From Botryllus schlosseri (taxonomy: Eukaryota): DNA of 64,000 bases. The notes under the pieces were generated by a model that saw nothing but the letters and a program-made list of their open reading frames with translations, searched no databases and was not told where the DNA came from. Both the position numbers and the translations under genes were made by a program. Of the stretch, positions 1 through 11,065 are shown one piece after another; the first letter of the stretch is position 1, and each line of letters begins with the position of its first letter. The stretch lies in the NCBI GenBank assembly GCA_051294905.1, contig CM119384.1, forward strand, positions 22,196,001 to 22,260,000, written 5' to 3'.

Positions 1-939
1 ACCAACTATGTTGTCGCGTGCCCTTGCACCGCTTATAGTGACAGGTCATATTGTGATCCGAATCAGAAAAAAATACACGACATTTCATGCACTGCATATG
101 AAACCTGTCACGGCGGTGCGAAAAAGCCAAATGATCCGTTAATTTAACAGATACCGAGAACGACAAACCACAATTTGGTTTCGGACATGCGACAACAACG
201 CTCGTTCCTGGACCGTGGTAAGAGACAACGAGAGGACTAGTTTTACCGCTAGCCATCGAAGAAATTTGCGGACTGAAGGCCTAAAGGTGACAGAGTCGCG
301 ACCTATTACAACGAATATAAATACAACTAAGATCAAATCACGCACACAATTAAACGTAACGAAATGAGAATTGGGACAATAACTGGAAGCAAAGACTAAG
401 CGGCCTGCACCAGCGTTCGCTATTAGAGGGGATAGGAAAGGCGATAAATTAAACTACACTTGATCTTAGCCATAAAGGCCGAGAAGCGATGGGGAGGAAG
501 GGCCCCTTGACACTCATATTCTGTGATTTGACAATAATTTTTCGCGCGATTTCGTTAAACGGAAATTTTCGAGGAAATTTCAGCGATCGAAAATTATCGC
601 CTACCTGGTCACCGTAAATACTATTTTATTCAAATCCAAAATTTTTTACCGCAATAACTTCGCTTCTAGCGGTTGGAAATGAGCCGAAGTTGGTGTGCAG
701 CGTTTTTTAATCAACCTAAAAATTTATCAAGTAGTCAATGTAATCTGAAAAAAAAATTCGAACAGTCCTAATTTGGCCACACACAACGGCGCCAAAGAAA
801 CTTGTCGCTGTAAAGCAGTGGTTATCGGTCCGGGTCTCGCCGGCCTGTGTAGAAAGAAGCTATTTTCAATTCCTCGTAACGTCATCTTTTGCTCCGGCGA
901 TGTCATCAGCATTCTAGGCAGGGCGTAACGTAACCATAC

Positions 940-1030
940 CGCCCGCCCGCCCGCCCGCCCGCCCGCCTGCCTGCCTGCCTGCCTCTTTCGCACGCACTCG
1001 CTCGCAGGCTCGCAGGCAGGCAGGCAGGGG
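940..1030. repeat. (CCGC)n/(CCTG)n/(GCAG)n microsatellite
   Basis: Direct tetranucleotide repeats visible at 940-985 and 1005-1028. Confidence 0.85.
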
Positions 1031-1166
1031 ATCTCGCGAACAAGCGCGTCGAATACACACTTTCGGCGACGGCAGTCACACTGTCAAGAAGAGCCTGTAA
1101 CACGTCTCTCCTGGTCGTAGTGTAGCATAAATCGATCACGCCGCTGGGAGAAATCAAACAACGATC

Positions 1167-1320
1167 CTAAGAAGAAAATACGAAAACCGTAGCTTCACGG
1201 CAGCTGAATTTTTCAGTGCACCATCGCCAAGTAAAAGAAGCCAGAGCGATCGAAGCCCAACAATGCGAGCTGAAAGCTCGGCAAAAAGGAAACTGCTTAA
1301 GGCAGACAATGTAACCACAT
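1167..1320 (+). pseudogene. ORF1 C-terminal remnant
   Basis: Translates LRRKYENRSFTAAEFFSAPSPSKRSQSDRSP, similar to element F ORF1 tail RKRFENRTFTAVEFFGATRSPSKRSNDQRSP (ORF 31532). Confidence 0.65.
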
Positions 1321-1324
1321 AAAC

Positions 1325-1657
1325 CGTGTATCAAAAACCATCCAAAACCTCCTCGAAAATCTTTTGAAAAAAAATGAAAAAAAAATACCACTACAGAGGA
1401 GCAACATACTTTACGCGATACCCACCAAAACCAACCCAAAACAATCGAAATTCATAATTGCAATGTACAAAACACAAATACTCAAACATCGAATCGAATT
1501 GGACCGAACAAATAAAAACGAAACCGACAAAGTCAATTTGACAAAAATTATATACATCAAAATATTATCAACAGCCAAAAAGAGACTTTCAAAAAAAACG
1601 CTCCTCTGTAGTGAGCTACAAAACCTTAAAAACAAGATTTTCGGGGAAATACCTTGA
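1325..1657 (+). pseudogene. ORF2 C-terminal remnant (E-like)
   Basis: YKTQILKHRIELDRTNKNETDK...LLCSELQNL aligns with YKTQMLKHRLELDRTNENEYDK...LLCSELKNL of ORF 55737..56972. Confidence 0.85.
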
Positions 1658-1685
1658 AAAAAACGGTTGCCTTTATTTTGTACAT

Positions 1686-2065
1686 GCAAGCTAATGAAAA
1701 GCTAATGCAGCTAATTAAGCTAATGAAAAGCTAATTAAGCTAATGAAAAGCTAATTAAGCTAATGAAAAGCTAATGAAAAGCTAATTAAGCTAATGAAAA
1801 AGTAAGCTATTGAAAAGTAAGCTAATGAAAAGCTAACTAAGCTAATGAAAAGCTAATAAAGCTAATGAAAAGCTAATTAAGCTAATGAAAAGCTAATTAA
1901 GCTAATGAATAGCTAATTAAGCTAATGAAAAGCTAATTAAGCTAATGAAAAAGTAAGCTAATGAAAAGTAAGCTAATGAAAAGCGAATGAAGCTAATGGA
2001 AAGCTAATGAAAAAGTAAGCTAGTGAAAAGTACGCTAATGAAAAGCTAATGAAGCTAAAAGCTAG
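1686..2065 (+). repeat. AAGCTAATGAA/AAGCTAATT satellite, left foldback arm
   Basis: Dozens of short tandem units containing AAGCTAAT. Confidence 0.95.
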
Positions 2066-3577
2066 TGACTCTAATAACTATGCTGTATCACGGGGGCCTT
2101 TCGACCCGCCTGGCGGGAGCAGGCCTTTTAACGTGGCATTTCAAAGGGGAGTTTGGACTTTGAAAATTTTCGAGCTCGCCTATACTTTAACGTGGGCGAT
2201 ATAACTGCCGCAACTTTGCCGTGCGTCGCCTACCTTAAAACACGCGGCCCTATGGCAAACCGGCTATACTTGCTCGGATCGGTCCCAGATTTCGTGTGAG
2301 CCTAGTCATGAGGGGTGTTTGGCCGAGAAATTTTTTAAAAAATTTTCCGAAAATTTTTTCGGACTTCAATTTTTTTTCAATTTCGTTGCTATGTTAAAGG
2401 ATAGGGAAGTTGGAGTTAGTCGTTTTTTCGATAAAAAAAAAATTTAAATTTTTTTCTCGACCCCCACTTTTCTGGTATCGTTCGACGCAGCGGACGCAGT
2501 ACACGTAGAACACGCCGGTACTCTCGGCGTGGCTTTAGGAGGTCGCAGAAATATTTCAGATTTTTATCCTCGTTCTGTGATCAGGTGCTCGAATCGACTA
2601 GTCGCTTAGCTTTACGACGCACAGGAGCCGAGATACGACGTTTCGTGTTATAGCTCGGCTCTTGTGATGTCCAGCCCCAAGCTCGACCCCTCGTTGGAAG
2701 CGCCGCAACGAGACGAAGCCGAAAGTTTTGGAAAATTAAAAAAAAAATTCTTGGCCGATGCAGACTGAAAATGATGACACTGACGACGAGGCTAGCGTAA
2801 GCAACGATTCTGCACCTGTCGAAAACAGCATCGTTTTTCATGGCTTTGCACAACTTCATAATAAAGTGTTTGAAGTTATGACAACCTCAAAAGCACATTT
2901 AATTGCATTCAGCGAAAACTGAGACAGGTGACATTGGAAGTCAAGCAACAAAGAATGCAAAATATGCATTAAATGACTTTGCACGATATGTTCAAGCAGT
3001 GTTTTCCTGACATTCAGTTATGGTGCTTGCTGTTGAAATAGCTGAACCCAGAAATTGTGAAGAATTTTTGCGTACTTATCTGGGATGCGAACTTAAACGG
3101 GTGCGTACTTAAGCGGTAGATTACTGTACTGCGTCCGCTGCGTCGAACGATACCAGAAAAGTGAGAATCGAGAAACAAATTTAAAAATTTTTTTTTCATC
3201 GAAGAAACGACCAACTCCAACTTCCCTATCCTTTAACAATTAACATGGCAACGAAATTGAAAAAAAAAATTGAAGTCCGAAAAAATTTTCGGAAACTTTA
3301 AGAAAAAACTCTCGGCCAAACACCTCCCACGACTAGGCTCACACGAAATCTGGGACCGATCTGAGCAAGAATAGCCGGTTTGCCATAGGGCCGCGTGTTT
3401 TGGGGATGGCGACACGCGGCAAAGTTGCGGCAGTTATGTCGCCCACGTTAAAGTATAGGTGAGCTCGAAAATTTTCAAAGTCCAAACTCCCCTTTGAAAT
3501 GCATGGGCCACGTTAAAAGGTCTGCTGCCGCCAGGCGGGTCGAAAGGCCCCCGTGCCACAGCATAGTTATTAGAGTC

Positions 3578-3907
3578 ATTAGCTTTTAGCTTCATTAGCT
3601 TTTCATTAGCGTACTTTTCATTAGCTTAATTTTTCATTAGCTTTCCATTAGCTTCATTCGCTTTTCATTAGCTTACTTTTCATTAGCTTACTTTTTCATT
3701 AGCTTAATTAGCTTTTCATTAGCTTAATTAGCTTTTCATTAGCTTTTCATTAGCTTTTCATTAGCTAAATTAGCTTTTCATTAGCTAAATTAGCTTTTCA
3801 TTAGCTTAATTAGCTTTTCATTAGCTTTTCATTAGCTTAATTAGCTTTTCATTAGCTTAATTAGCTTTCCATTAGCTTAATTAGCTGCATTAGCTTTTCA
3901 TTAGCTT
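3578..3907 (-). repeat. Same satellite inverted, right foldback arm
   Basis: TTTTCATTAGC/TTAATTAGC tandem units. Confidence 0.95.
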
Positions 3908-4118
3908 GCATGTACAAAATAAAGGCACCCGAAAAAAACCGGTTGACTTGAGTTCCAAACGAAAGTCTGGTAAATTCAACAATACCTAAAACAAAAAGTG
4001 TGACAAAAATCCCTTCCGGGGAGGAGGGAGGGCCCGGTCAAAAACCCGTATACCGCTCGCTACAGGTGGTCGGCCTTTGGTCCGGAGACAGAAATATGGA
4101 AAAATACTTACTGCAGCC

Positions 4119-4145
4119 ATTGGAGTGTTTAGTTGTATTAAGGTA
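4119..4145 (+). other. SL-exon-like sequence plus GT donor within the A0 3' UTR
   Basis: ATTGGAGTGTTTTAGTTGTATTAAG|GT versus recalled stolidobranch SL ATTGGAGTATTTGGTTGTATTAAG. Confidence 0.7.
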
Positions 4146-5947
4146 TATACAATATTGCTTTTTGTGCTAAAAACGCTCGGACATGCTGAACGACATGAAA
4201 AACAAAAACAAAAATGGTATATTAATTTCGAACCAGCTATCTTAGTCTGAAAATAAAATAGAAACCAACACTTTGGTGCCTGGTTTATTCCATACAACCT
4301 TGATATCATTTGCTTTGTAAAACATAAAACAAAATAAAAATAGTATAAAACTTACATAAAAACACCCAGACCGGAGGACTCCCCTACGCTTTGAGAGAGG
4401 GGAGCGCGATGGCCTGGGAATACGGCGAGCCGCAAAAAAAAAAAAAAAAAAAAAAAAAAAGGTAAGCATCGCCGAGTGCGCTCGGTATTTTTTCAACTGA
4501 CATGTGATGAACAATATGCTACGGGTAAACGTCGGGGTGTATTCCCGGCTATGACACATGACATTGACACATGACTCGAAGCCCAATACACATTGTCGTC
4601 TACTTCTGACCCGGCGTTTCCGATAGCCTCTCCTTTCCGGCGCGGCGCTACGCCCCAACTCTACCTCGTGGCGGCGGGCGACGGCCGATCAGTCGGTCTC
4701 GCGTCGCGTGTCGCGTCTCGCGTCTCGCGAACAAACGCTCGAATACGCATCTTCGGCGACGTCGATAAACTGACACGTCCGCACTTACGCGATCGTCAGG
4801 TTGCGACGCGCAAAGAAAAAAAAAAAAAAAAAAAAAAAGGTAGCATCTCGTCGAGGCAGGTGTCTTTTAGAAATATTTTTACAGATTGCTGGTATCGCTG
4901 TGATACACTGTTGTTAAAATAACTTTAATTACATCTGCGCTGTGCAGCTAGCCTAAAAAGCCGTGCCGCCTTAGACTTCAGCGCCGTACACGTGACTACT
5001 CTACAGACCTACCTCGCCTTACACGCGGCTGCCGTGAACAGACTTCAGCGTACGCGCAGTTGTCGTTGGTCTCTTTAAAACCTACAAACAGCGCGATACA
5101 TATAAGGTAGCCATAAATTAAATAGATTACCTGCAGTCCAGGGCTGTCTTGCCTGCAGTCTTCACAACATACGGCTCACGCTGTATCGACCGAGGTTTCG
5201 ACACACATACAGGAATAGCGCAACTTAGGCTGCTTGCCTGCATCTCCAGCATACAACAGCTGCTTTGCTGTCGCGCCGGTTCTTCTAAACAACATTGCCT
5301 GTAGTCTTAATAACCACACGGTCTCTTTGTGGCCTTACCTGCAAATCAGAATACGACACAGGCATATCAGCACACGCAACTTACCTGTTGTGTCTTCCGC
5401 GATAGAGCCTCGGCGAATCTTGTGGTTGCCGTATTTGTTCTGATTTGAATTGACTTGGATACTTCACCTGAAATTCAAGAAACACGCGGTTACCTTACTA
5501 TATCTGATTGGTTATGCTAACACACTGTGCTAAGCCGAACGGAAAACGAAAAATACACTACCACAACAGCCGCCGACGTAAAGTTGGAGAAGCGGCTACG
5601 GTACAAATTAAATTCGGGAATTATCAAATAAAAAAGACATATCTGGATAGCTTTTGGCTCATAGAACACAATCCAGGCTTTAAAATAACAAAAAGATCAG
5701 GATTAGAACCGTAATAACACCAATAACGCGAAAAACTAGCGATTGTTATCTAGCCCGAAGACCGGCATTGTTCCGACAGACGAAACAATCGCTGGACGAA
5801 CTCCCGATTGTTCGGTCGCGGAATCCAACAATAGACAGATTTTGGATGTCGGTGTCAGAGCCTAGAATCGACCGCACCAGAGGCTATAATAGTCTACAAC
5901 AGACTAACCTCCAGACAAATACAATAGAACGACGACGCATTGACAAA

Positions 5948-7175
5948 ATGCAGCAAGCAATGGACGAAAACATGACACGAAATCTAGCCCAGAAGGGTAT
6001 GATTAGAAACGAAGACAGACCTCGCTCGCTTGTGATGACATTAAACATTTGTGATGACATTAAACAGAGAGACTACTTATGAAAATATCCTTGGACTCCT
6101 GGAAGAAAGCACAATTCTAAAGAAATATAAAAATGACATCACTGCAGTATTTCAACATGGTGTAAAAACATACACCATAACATTCAAAGAAAATGAAGAA
6201 TGCGAGACTAGAGAGAAAGTAATGCAAGAGACACAAGGCAAAATATGCACGGAAAATATAACAGCAATACTATATTTCCCCAGAAACGGATGGACTACCG
6301 TCCATATACGGGCAGTGCCAGATGAGGTGTCAAATGACGACCTCAAAAACTTCCTAGACTTTTACAAATGCGGAGAAATCAAAACAGTTGAAAAACTGCT
6401 CCACAGGGGCACTAACATTTTCAATGGAAACCGACGTGTATCTGTCAAGGATTACGTCGAGGGAAAACTGCCGAAAGTGATAAAAATTGGCAGCCTAAGC
6501 TGCAGAGTGTATCCCCCTCCGCCGAATGTTGAATGGTGTAGAAGATGCCTGAAGAACGATCACAGTGAGAGATACTGTAGAAACAAAATCGTATGCAACT
6601 TCTGCAAGAAGGAAGGACACAAATATAGTGTTTGCCCGGAGAAAGCGGCGGAATTCCCATCGCTGAACAGAGCGAGTAACACAGAAATTGAGAAGAATGA
6701 AAAAAGAACAGAAACGAGAATCAATAATAACAACAAGCCAACATCCCAAAATGGGATTGATGAAGCCCCGACTTCAAGTAAAGGAAGTGCCTTAGAAGGC
6801 GACAAGGAAAAAAATAATGAGCTACCGAGCGACGAAATGTTAGAAAATCTCGTGGCAGAAACCACGGAGGAAACAATTGAAAAAGATCAAGAAGGTGCCA
6901 GAAACAGAGAGTACTTAACAGAACTTGAAAAACTGGGCCTCATAACAGAAGAGGACGAAACAAAAATAGAAACAGGCGATGAAAGTGAATCGGAGGGGAA
7001 TAATAATGACCAGTCCAGCGAGGACGAATCGAAAATCGGCCGATACACCGAAAAGGAGAAGGCGATGATAACCAGTAAATGGAACACCCCTTCCAAACTA
7101 GGGAAGAAAAAGAAAAATAAGAATAAGAAAAAGTCGAAAAACGGATCAGCAAACAACAACCTGTTCCGGAAATAA
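5948..7175 (+). pseudogene. B1 ORF1 (RRM-like plus 2x CCHC), one frameshift near 6065
   Basis: RPRSL motif in the 5768 frame continues in the 6051 frame with VHIRAVP, CRRCLKNDHSERYC and CNFCKKEGHKYSVC; acidic tail. Confidence 0.85.
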
Positions 7176-7258
7176 GGAAGCGAATAACTAGATCTAGGCT
7201 AAAACAAAAATAAAAAATCAATTTCAACTTCAAGGACTCTTTCAAATTCAAATTCAAC

Positions 7259-10200
7259 ATGGCCTCGCTAAATATTAACGGGATAGAATGTCACAACAAA
7301 AAATTAGAAAGAACTATCATACGAGGAAAGTATGATATAATAAACATACAAGAAGCACACAAAACAAACCTGAAGAAATTAGAACACATGGCAGCGAAAT
7401 ACAATTACAAAAGTCACATCAACACATTAGACAAATCGCAAAACTGGCAAGACAAAGAAGGAAGAAGAAAGAACTACTACCTAGGAACAGTAACACTAAC
7501 TAAAATAGAACTAGAAAAGACATACACGATCCGAAACGACATTATTATCCCACATAGAGCACAGCTATTAACACTTGAACATCGCGTGAATCAGACGTCT
7601 ACAATCCACATCTGGAATATCTATGCCCCAGCGACGATAGGGAGGATGCAATCAACTTTCTTTAAAAGGCTAACGAAAGCACTGACCAAAAAGACTAACA
7701 CCTATACGGTCATATGCGGAGACATGAATGTGGTCACTGATGTAAAAGACGTGAAAATAAAACGGAATTTTAGATTGAATCCGGCGGCGAAAATTTGGAT
7801 CAGACACATCAAAACAAACAAACTACTGGACGCCTTCAGAGACAGGAATCCCGACAAAGAGATATTCACAATCACCAAACATAATCAGGCCAGACGTATC
7901 GACCAAATCTACATCACAAAAAATCTACAACAGAACGTTAAAAAATTCGAATATAAAATAAACATCATGTCAGACCATAACTTCATGAGTAGCATAGTGC
8001 TAGAGAATGTCAAAAGAAAATCATGGGGCAAAGGTACGTGGAAGAACGACCCAGCCATGTATGAAGATGAAATAGTCGTAGACCGCTTCAAAGAAATGTA
8101 TAACTTCTACCTAGAACAGAAGAAAAACACCCCAAACATAACATCTTGGTGGGACCAAATGAAGCTAGGAGCGAAAGAAATGCTATTAGAAAGAGAAGCT
8201 GAGTTGAAAAAAAACAAGATCAGAAAATCAAAAGAGCTTGAAAATAAACTAGCGGATAGGAATATAGGACTAGAAGACATGACTCGAACAATTAAGGAGC
8301 TAAAACAGATAGAAGATGAGAAGACAAGAGAACAATGTAGAAGATATAAAATCAAAGAATTCGAAGAGAATGAACGACCTTCAAGATATTTCTATAACAA
8401 ACTCAAGGCCAAAAAGACCAAGAGCCAAATAGAAATTCTTGAAAACGAAGACAAAACTGAGACCTATAGAACAGAAAAAGAAGTATTAAATGAGACAAAG
8501 CGATTCTACGACGAGCTCTGGAATAACGCTGAGATAGTAGAAGAAGATAAACAAGAAATGTTTATCAACGAACTAGAAAATATATCCATAACAGATAGCG
8601 AAAGAGACTCACTAAACAAACCAATTGGCAAAGAAGAAGTAGAAAAGGTGATTAAAAACCTCAAGAATAACAAATCGCCGGGAGCAGATGGGCTCTCAGC
8701 CGAATTTTATAAAACATTCTGGCATGTTATAAAGAGAGAGTTAATAGAAACTTTCAACAGCGCCTTTCTTTTTAATAACCAATGCCAGTCGTGGAGACTA
8801 GGCATAGTCAGGGTTATATATAAAAAAGGAGATCCAAACCTCATAAAGAACTACAGGCCCATCACGCTACTTGACCAGGACAATAAAATCCTGTCCAAGG
8901 TGTTGGCGAATAGGTTAAAGGAACTATTGCCCAACATAGTAATGAGCCCACAGAAATGCAGTATAGAGGGAAGATCAATCTTTGACGCAGCACAAAATAT
9001 TGAAGCTGCCATTCAATATTCAAAAGACAAGAACCTACCTCTTCTGATCACGTCTTTTGATCAAGAGAAGGCTTTCGACAAAGTCAACCATGCCTTCCTG
9101 GGAAAAATCCTAGGAAGATTAAACATGGGTGATAATTTCACAAAGTACATTCAAAAAACATACAGAGAAGCTGCGAGCCAAGTAGAAATTAACGGAAAAC
9201 TCACGGAAGAAATATCCATCAATAACGGGATTAGACAAGGATGCCCTTTAAGCATGCCTTTATACGCCCTGTGTGCAGATCCGTTAATAAGGAAAATCGA
9301 GTGTAACAAAGATATCAAAGGCCTAAAACTGGGGAAACAAGAAATAAAGACGCAAATGTATGCGGATGACCTAACGGTATTTGCTATAGATAGGAAATCC
9401 CTAGAGGCGACCATCGATATACTAAAGCAGTTCGAAGTGGCTACAGGCCAGAAAATCAACGAGCAAAAAACAGAGACACTAAACATCAACAGCAAATCGA
9501 ATTTAGCATTATTAGGCTCGAAATATGAAAGTTGGAACAAGGAACAAGTAAAAATATTAGGATACCGTTTCGGCAAAAGTGACATACAAGACAGTTGGAG
9601 GGAAAAAATTGACAAGATAAAAAAAATACTAAATAATTACAGAGGAAGACACCTATCTTGGATAGGAAAGACAAATGTTTTAAAAAGCCTTGCGTGCACC
9701 CAGATCGCATATACCGCAAGAGTGAAGAGGATGCCTCGAGAAGTCCAAAAACAGATCGAAGGCATATTCTTCAGATATTTATACTTGCCAGAGAAAGTAG
9801 AGACGATAAAGAGAACAACCTTGATTAAAAAGAAAACAGAAGGGGGAATGAAAATACCCTATGTAACAACCTTGTCCGAAGCTTGCCAGATCATCAATTA
9901 CAAGAGAATGGCAAACCAAGACAAGCCGACTGAAATTTGGCATTACACAAAGATGTATTATCTTGGAACAAAGATTAGAGAAGTTAATGCTGAGCTATAT
10001 ACTAACGATATGCCACACAAGTTCAAATTAGAAAAGAACTTGGCAGACCAAGTGGAGCTCATCAAAAAAATAAAATTAGACAAAGAAGACTGGCAAAAAC
10101 TCACATTCAAGGAATTATATAACAAATTGAACGCATTCCACGAAAATCAAACAAACCAGAAAACAGACTGGGACAAGCTCACCCTCGAGAAGTCGAAGAT

Positions 10201-10663
10201 GAACATTATTTTAAAAAAAGAAGAAAAAATCATTAACTTCAGACTAGCGAACGAAGGATATTTGTTCGGAGAAGATAAGAGAAGAAGAAACCTTCTGAAA
10301 ATCAGAAAAGGGAAAATGGAAACACACAAATGTAGACTGTGTCGCCAAGAAAACGACAAAGTCCAACATGTGTTTAGTAAATGCAAATTCACACAGGACA
10401 TATTGAAAAAACTAGAAGAAATATTCAGCATCAGAGTCAGAGAGCCGAAGTTTATACTACAACATCAAGGCACGGCGAGCGAAACCACCATAGCCCTAAT
10501 CTCGATATTCAAAAAAGTCACGCTAAAATATAAATGGTACCTAGACATTGAAAATAAAACAACAGAAAACGACGAAGAAAAAAGAAATTTGATTCGAAAC
10601 ATCCACGAAAGACGGCGACACGTATCAGAAAAACACCAAATTGGAAACAACTCAACACCTTGA
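7259..10663 (+). CDS. B1 ORF2: APE endonuclease, reverse transcriptase, C-terminal CCHC (1134 aa, uninterrupted)
   Basis: SLNING, NIQEAH, NIYAP, CGDMN, RIDQIY, SDH (APE); KSPGADG, YRPITLL, FDQEKAFD, GIRQGCPLS, QMYADD (RT); CRLC...HVFSKC. Confidence 0.96.
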   Translation: MASLNINGIECHNKKLERTIIRGKYDIINIQEAHKTNLKKLEHMAAKYNYKSHINTLDKSQNWQDKEGRRKNYYLGTVTLTKIELEKTYTIRNDIIIPHRAQLLTLEHRVNQTSTIHIWNIYAPATIGRMQSTFFKRLTKALTKKTNTYTVICGDMNVVTDVKDVKIKRNFRLNPAAKIWIRHIKTNKLLDAFRDRNPDKEIFTITKHNQARRIDQIYITKNLQQNVKKFEYKINIMSDHNFMSSIVLENVKRKSWGKGTWKNDPAMYEDEIVVDRFKEMYNFYLEQKKNTPNITSWWDQMKLGAKEMLLEREAELKKNKIRKSKELENKLADRNIGLEDMTRTIKELKQIEDEKTREQCRRYKIKEFEENERPSRYFYNKLKAKKTKSQIEILENEDKTETYRTEKEVLNETKRFYDELWNNAEIVEEDKQEMFINELENISITDSERDSLNKPIGKEEVEKVIKNLKNNKSPGADGLSAEFYKTFWHVIKRELIETFNSAFLFNNQCQSWRLGIVRVIYKKGDPNLIKNYRPITLLDQDNKILSKVLANRLKELLPNIVMSPQKCSIEGRSIFDAAQNIEAAIQYSKDKNLPLLITSFDQEKAFDKVNHAFLGKILGRLNMGDNFTKYIQKTYREAASQVEINGKLTEEISINNGIRQGCPLSMPLYALCADPLIRKIECNKDIKGLKLGKQEIKTQMYADDLTVFAIDRKSLEATIDILKQFEVATGQKINEQKTETLNINSKSNLALLGSKYESWNKEQVKILGYRFGKSDIQDSWREKIDKIKKILNNYRGRHLSWIGKTNVLKSLACTQIAYTARVKRMPREVQKQIEGIFFRYLYLPEKVETIKRTTLIKKKTEGGMKIPYVTTLSEACQIINYKRMANQDKPTEIWHYTKMYYLGTKIREVNAELYTNDMPHKFKLEKNLADQVELIKKIKLDKEDWQKLTFKELYNKLNAFHENQTNQKTDWDKLTLEKSKMNIILKKEEKIINFRLANEGYLFGEDKRRRNLLKIRKGKMETHKCRLCRQENDKVQHVFSKCKFTQDILKKLEEIFSIRVREPKFILQHQGTASETTIALISIFKKVTLKYKWYLDIENKTTENDEEKRNLIRNIHERRRHVSEKHQIGNNSTP

Positions 10664-11065
10664 AAAAATTCGAAGAAAAGGCGGAAGAACCCCTAACATA
10701 AAAAGGGGGAAACCGCCACTGAAAATACAAGTACAAACCTGAAGACTTCAACGGAAGATTCGAGAAAGAATGCGGATGACGGAGACACGACGCCGAAGGG
10801 ATGCTGACGAACGACCGATGACGAACGACCGACGGACAACGATGATGATGACGATGATGCTGACGAAACCTGGAAAAGAAACTGAAATGAATATGATGCA
10901 TGGGTATGAATGCGAGTGCGAATGTCATTTTGTGTTTGAAACTTTACCGAATGAATGCTGCGATTGAGAACTGCGATTTGATAGATTAATTTGCCCTTTT
11001 CTTGTATTGAAATTCTATCTGAATTAAATTTGGGATGACCGCGGTCATCCCCCCACAAAAAAAAA

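Larger units (their letters stand above)
1665..3930. mobile_element. Foldback/Mutator-like non-autonomous DNA element with ~0.8 kb modular inverted repeats
   Basis: 1665-~2503 is the reverse complement of ~3127-3930; termini GGTTGCC/GGCACCC; perfect 9-bp TSD GAAAAAAAC at 1656-1664 and 3931-3939. Confidence 0.88.
1165..4460 (+). mobile_element. Internally deleted Tx1-like non-LTR element (A0), interrupted by a foldback element, ending in poly(A)
   Basis: ORF1 C-terminal fragment abuts ORF2 C-terminal fragment; 3' UTR homologous to element E2; terminal hairpin, GAGCCGC and poly(A) 4434-4460. 5' boundary uncertain. Confidence 0.7.
4839..11065 (+). mobile_element. Full-length Tx1/L1-clade retrotransposon B1
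   Basis: Follows poly(A)-GGT; ~1.1 kb 5' UTR, ORF1, intact ORF2, 3' UTR with (GAT/GAC)n repeats, terminal hairpin GGGATGAC-CGCG-GTCATCCC, poly(A) 11057-11065. 5' start approximate. Confidence 0.85.

Noticed and set aside
1-900. Coding or element identity for the first 0.9 kb
   Set aside because: No motif or homology to other parts of the window that I could support.
4119-4466. Reading 4146-4460 as a short 5'-truncated insertion into an SL gene with TSD AAGGTA
   Set aside because: The sequence upstream of the SL-like block aligns with the 3' UTRs of E2, C and D, so the block is internal to the element. This reading survives only as a possible ancestral origin.
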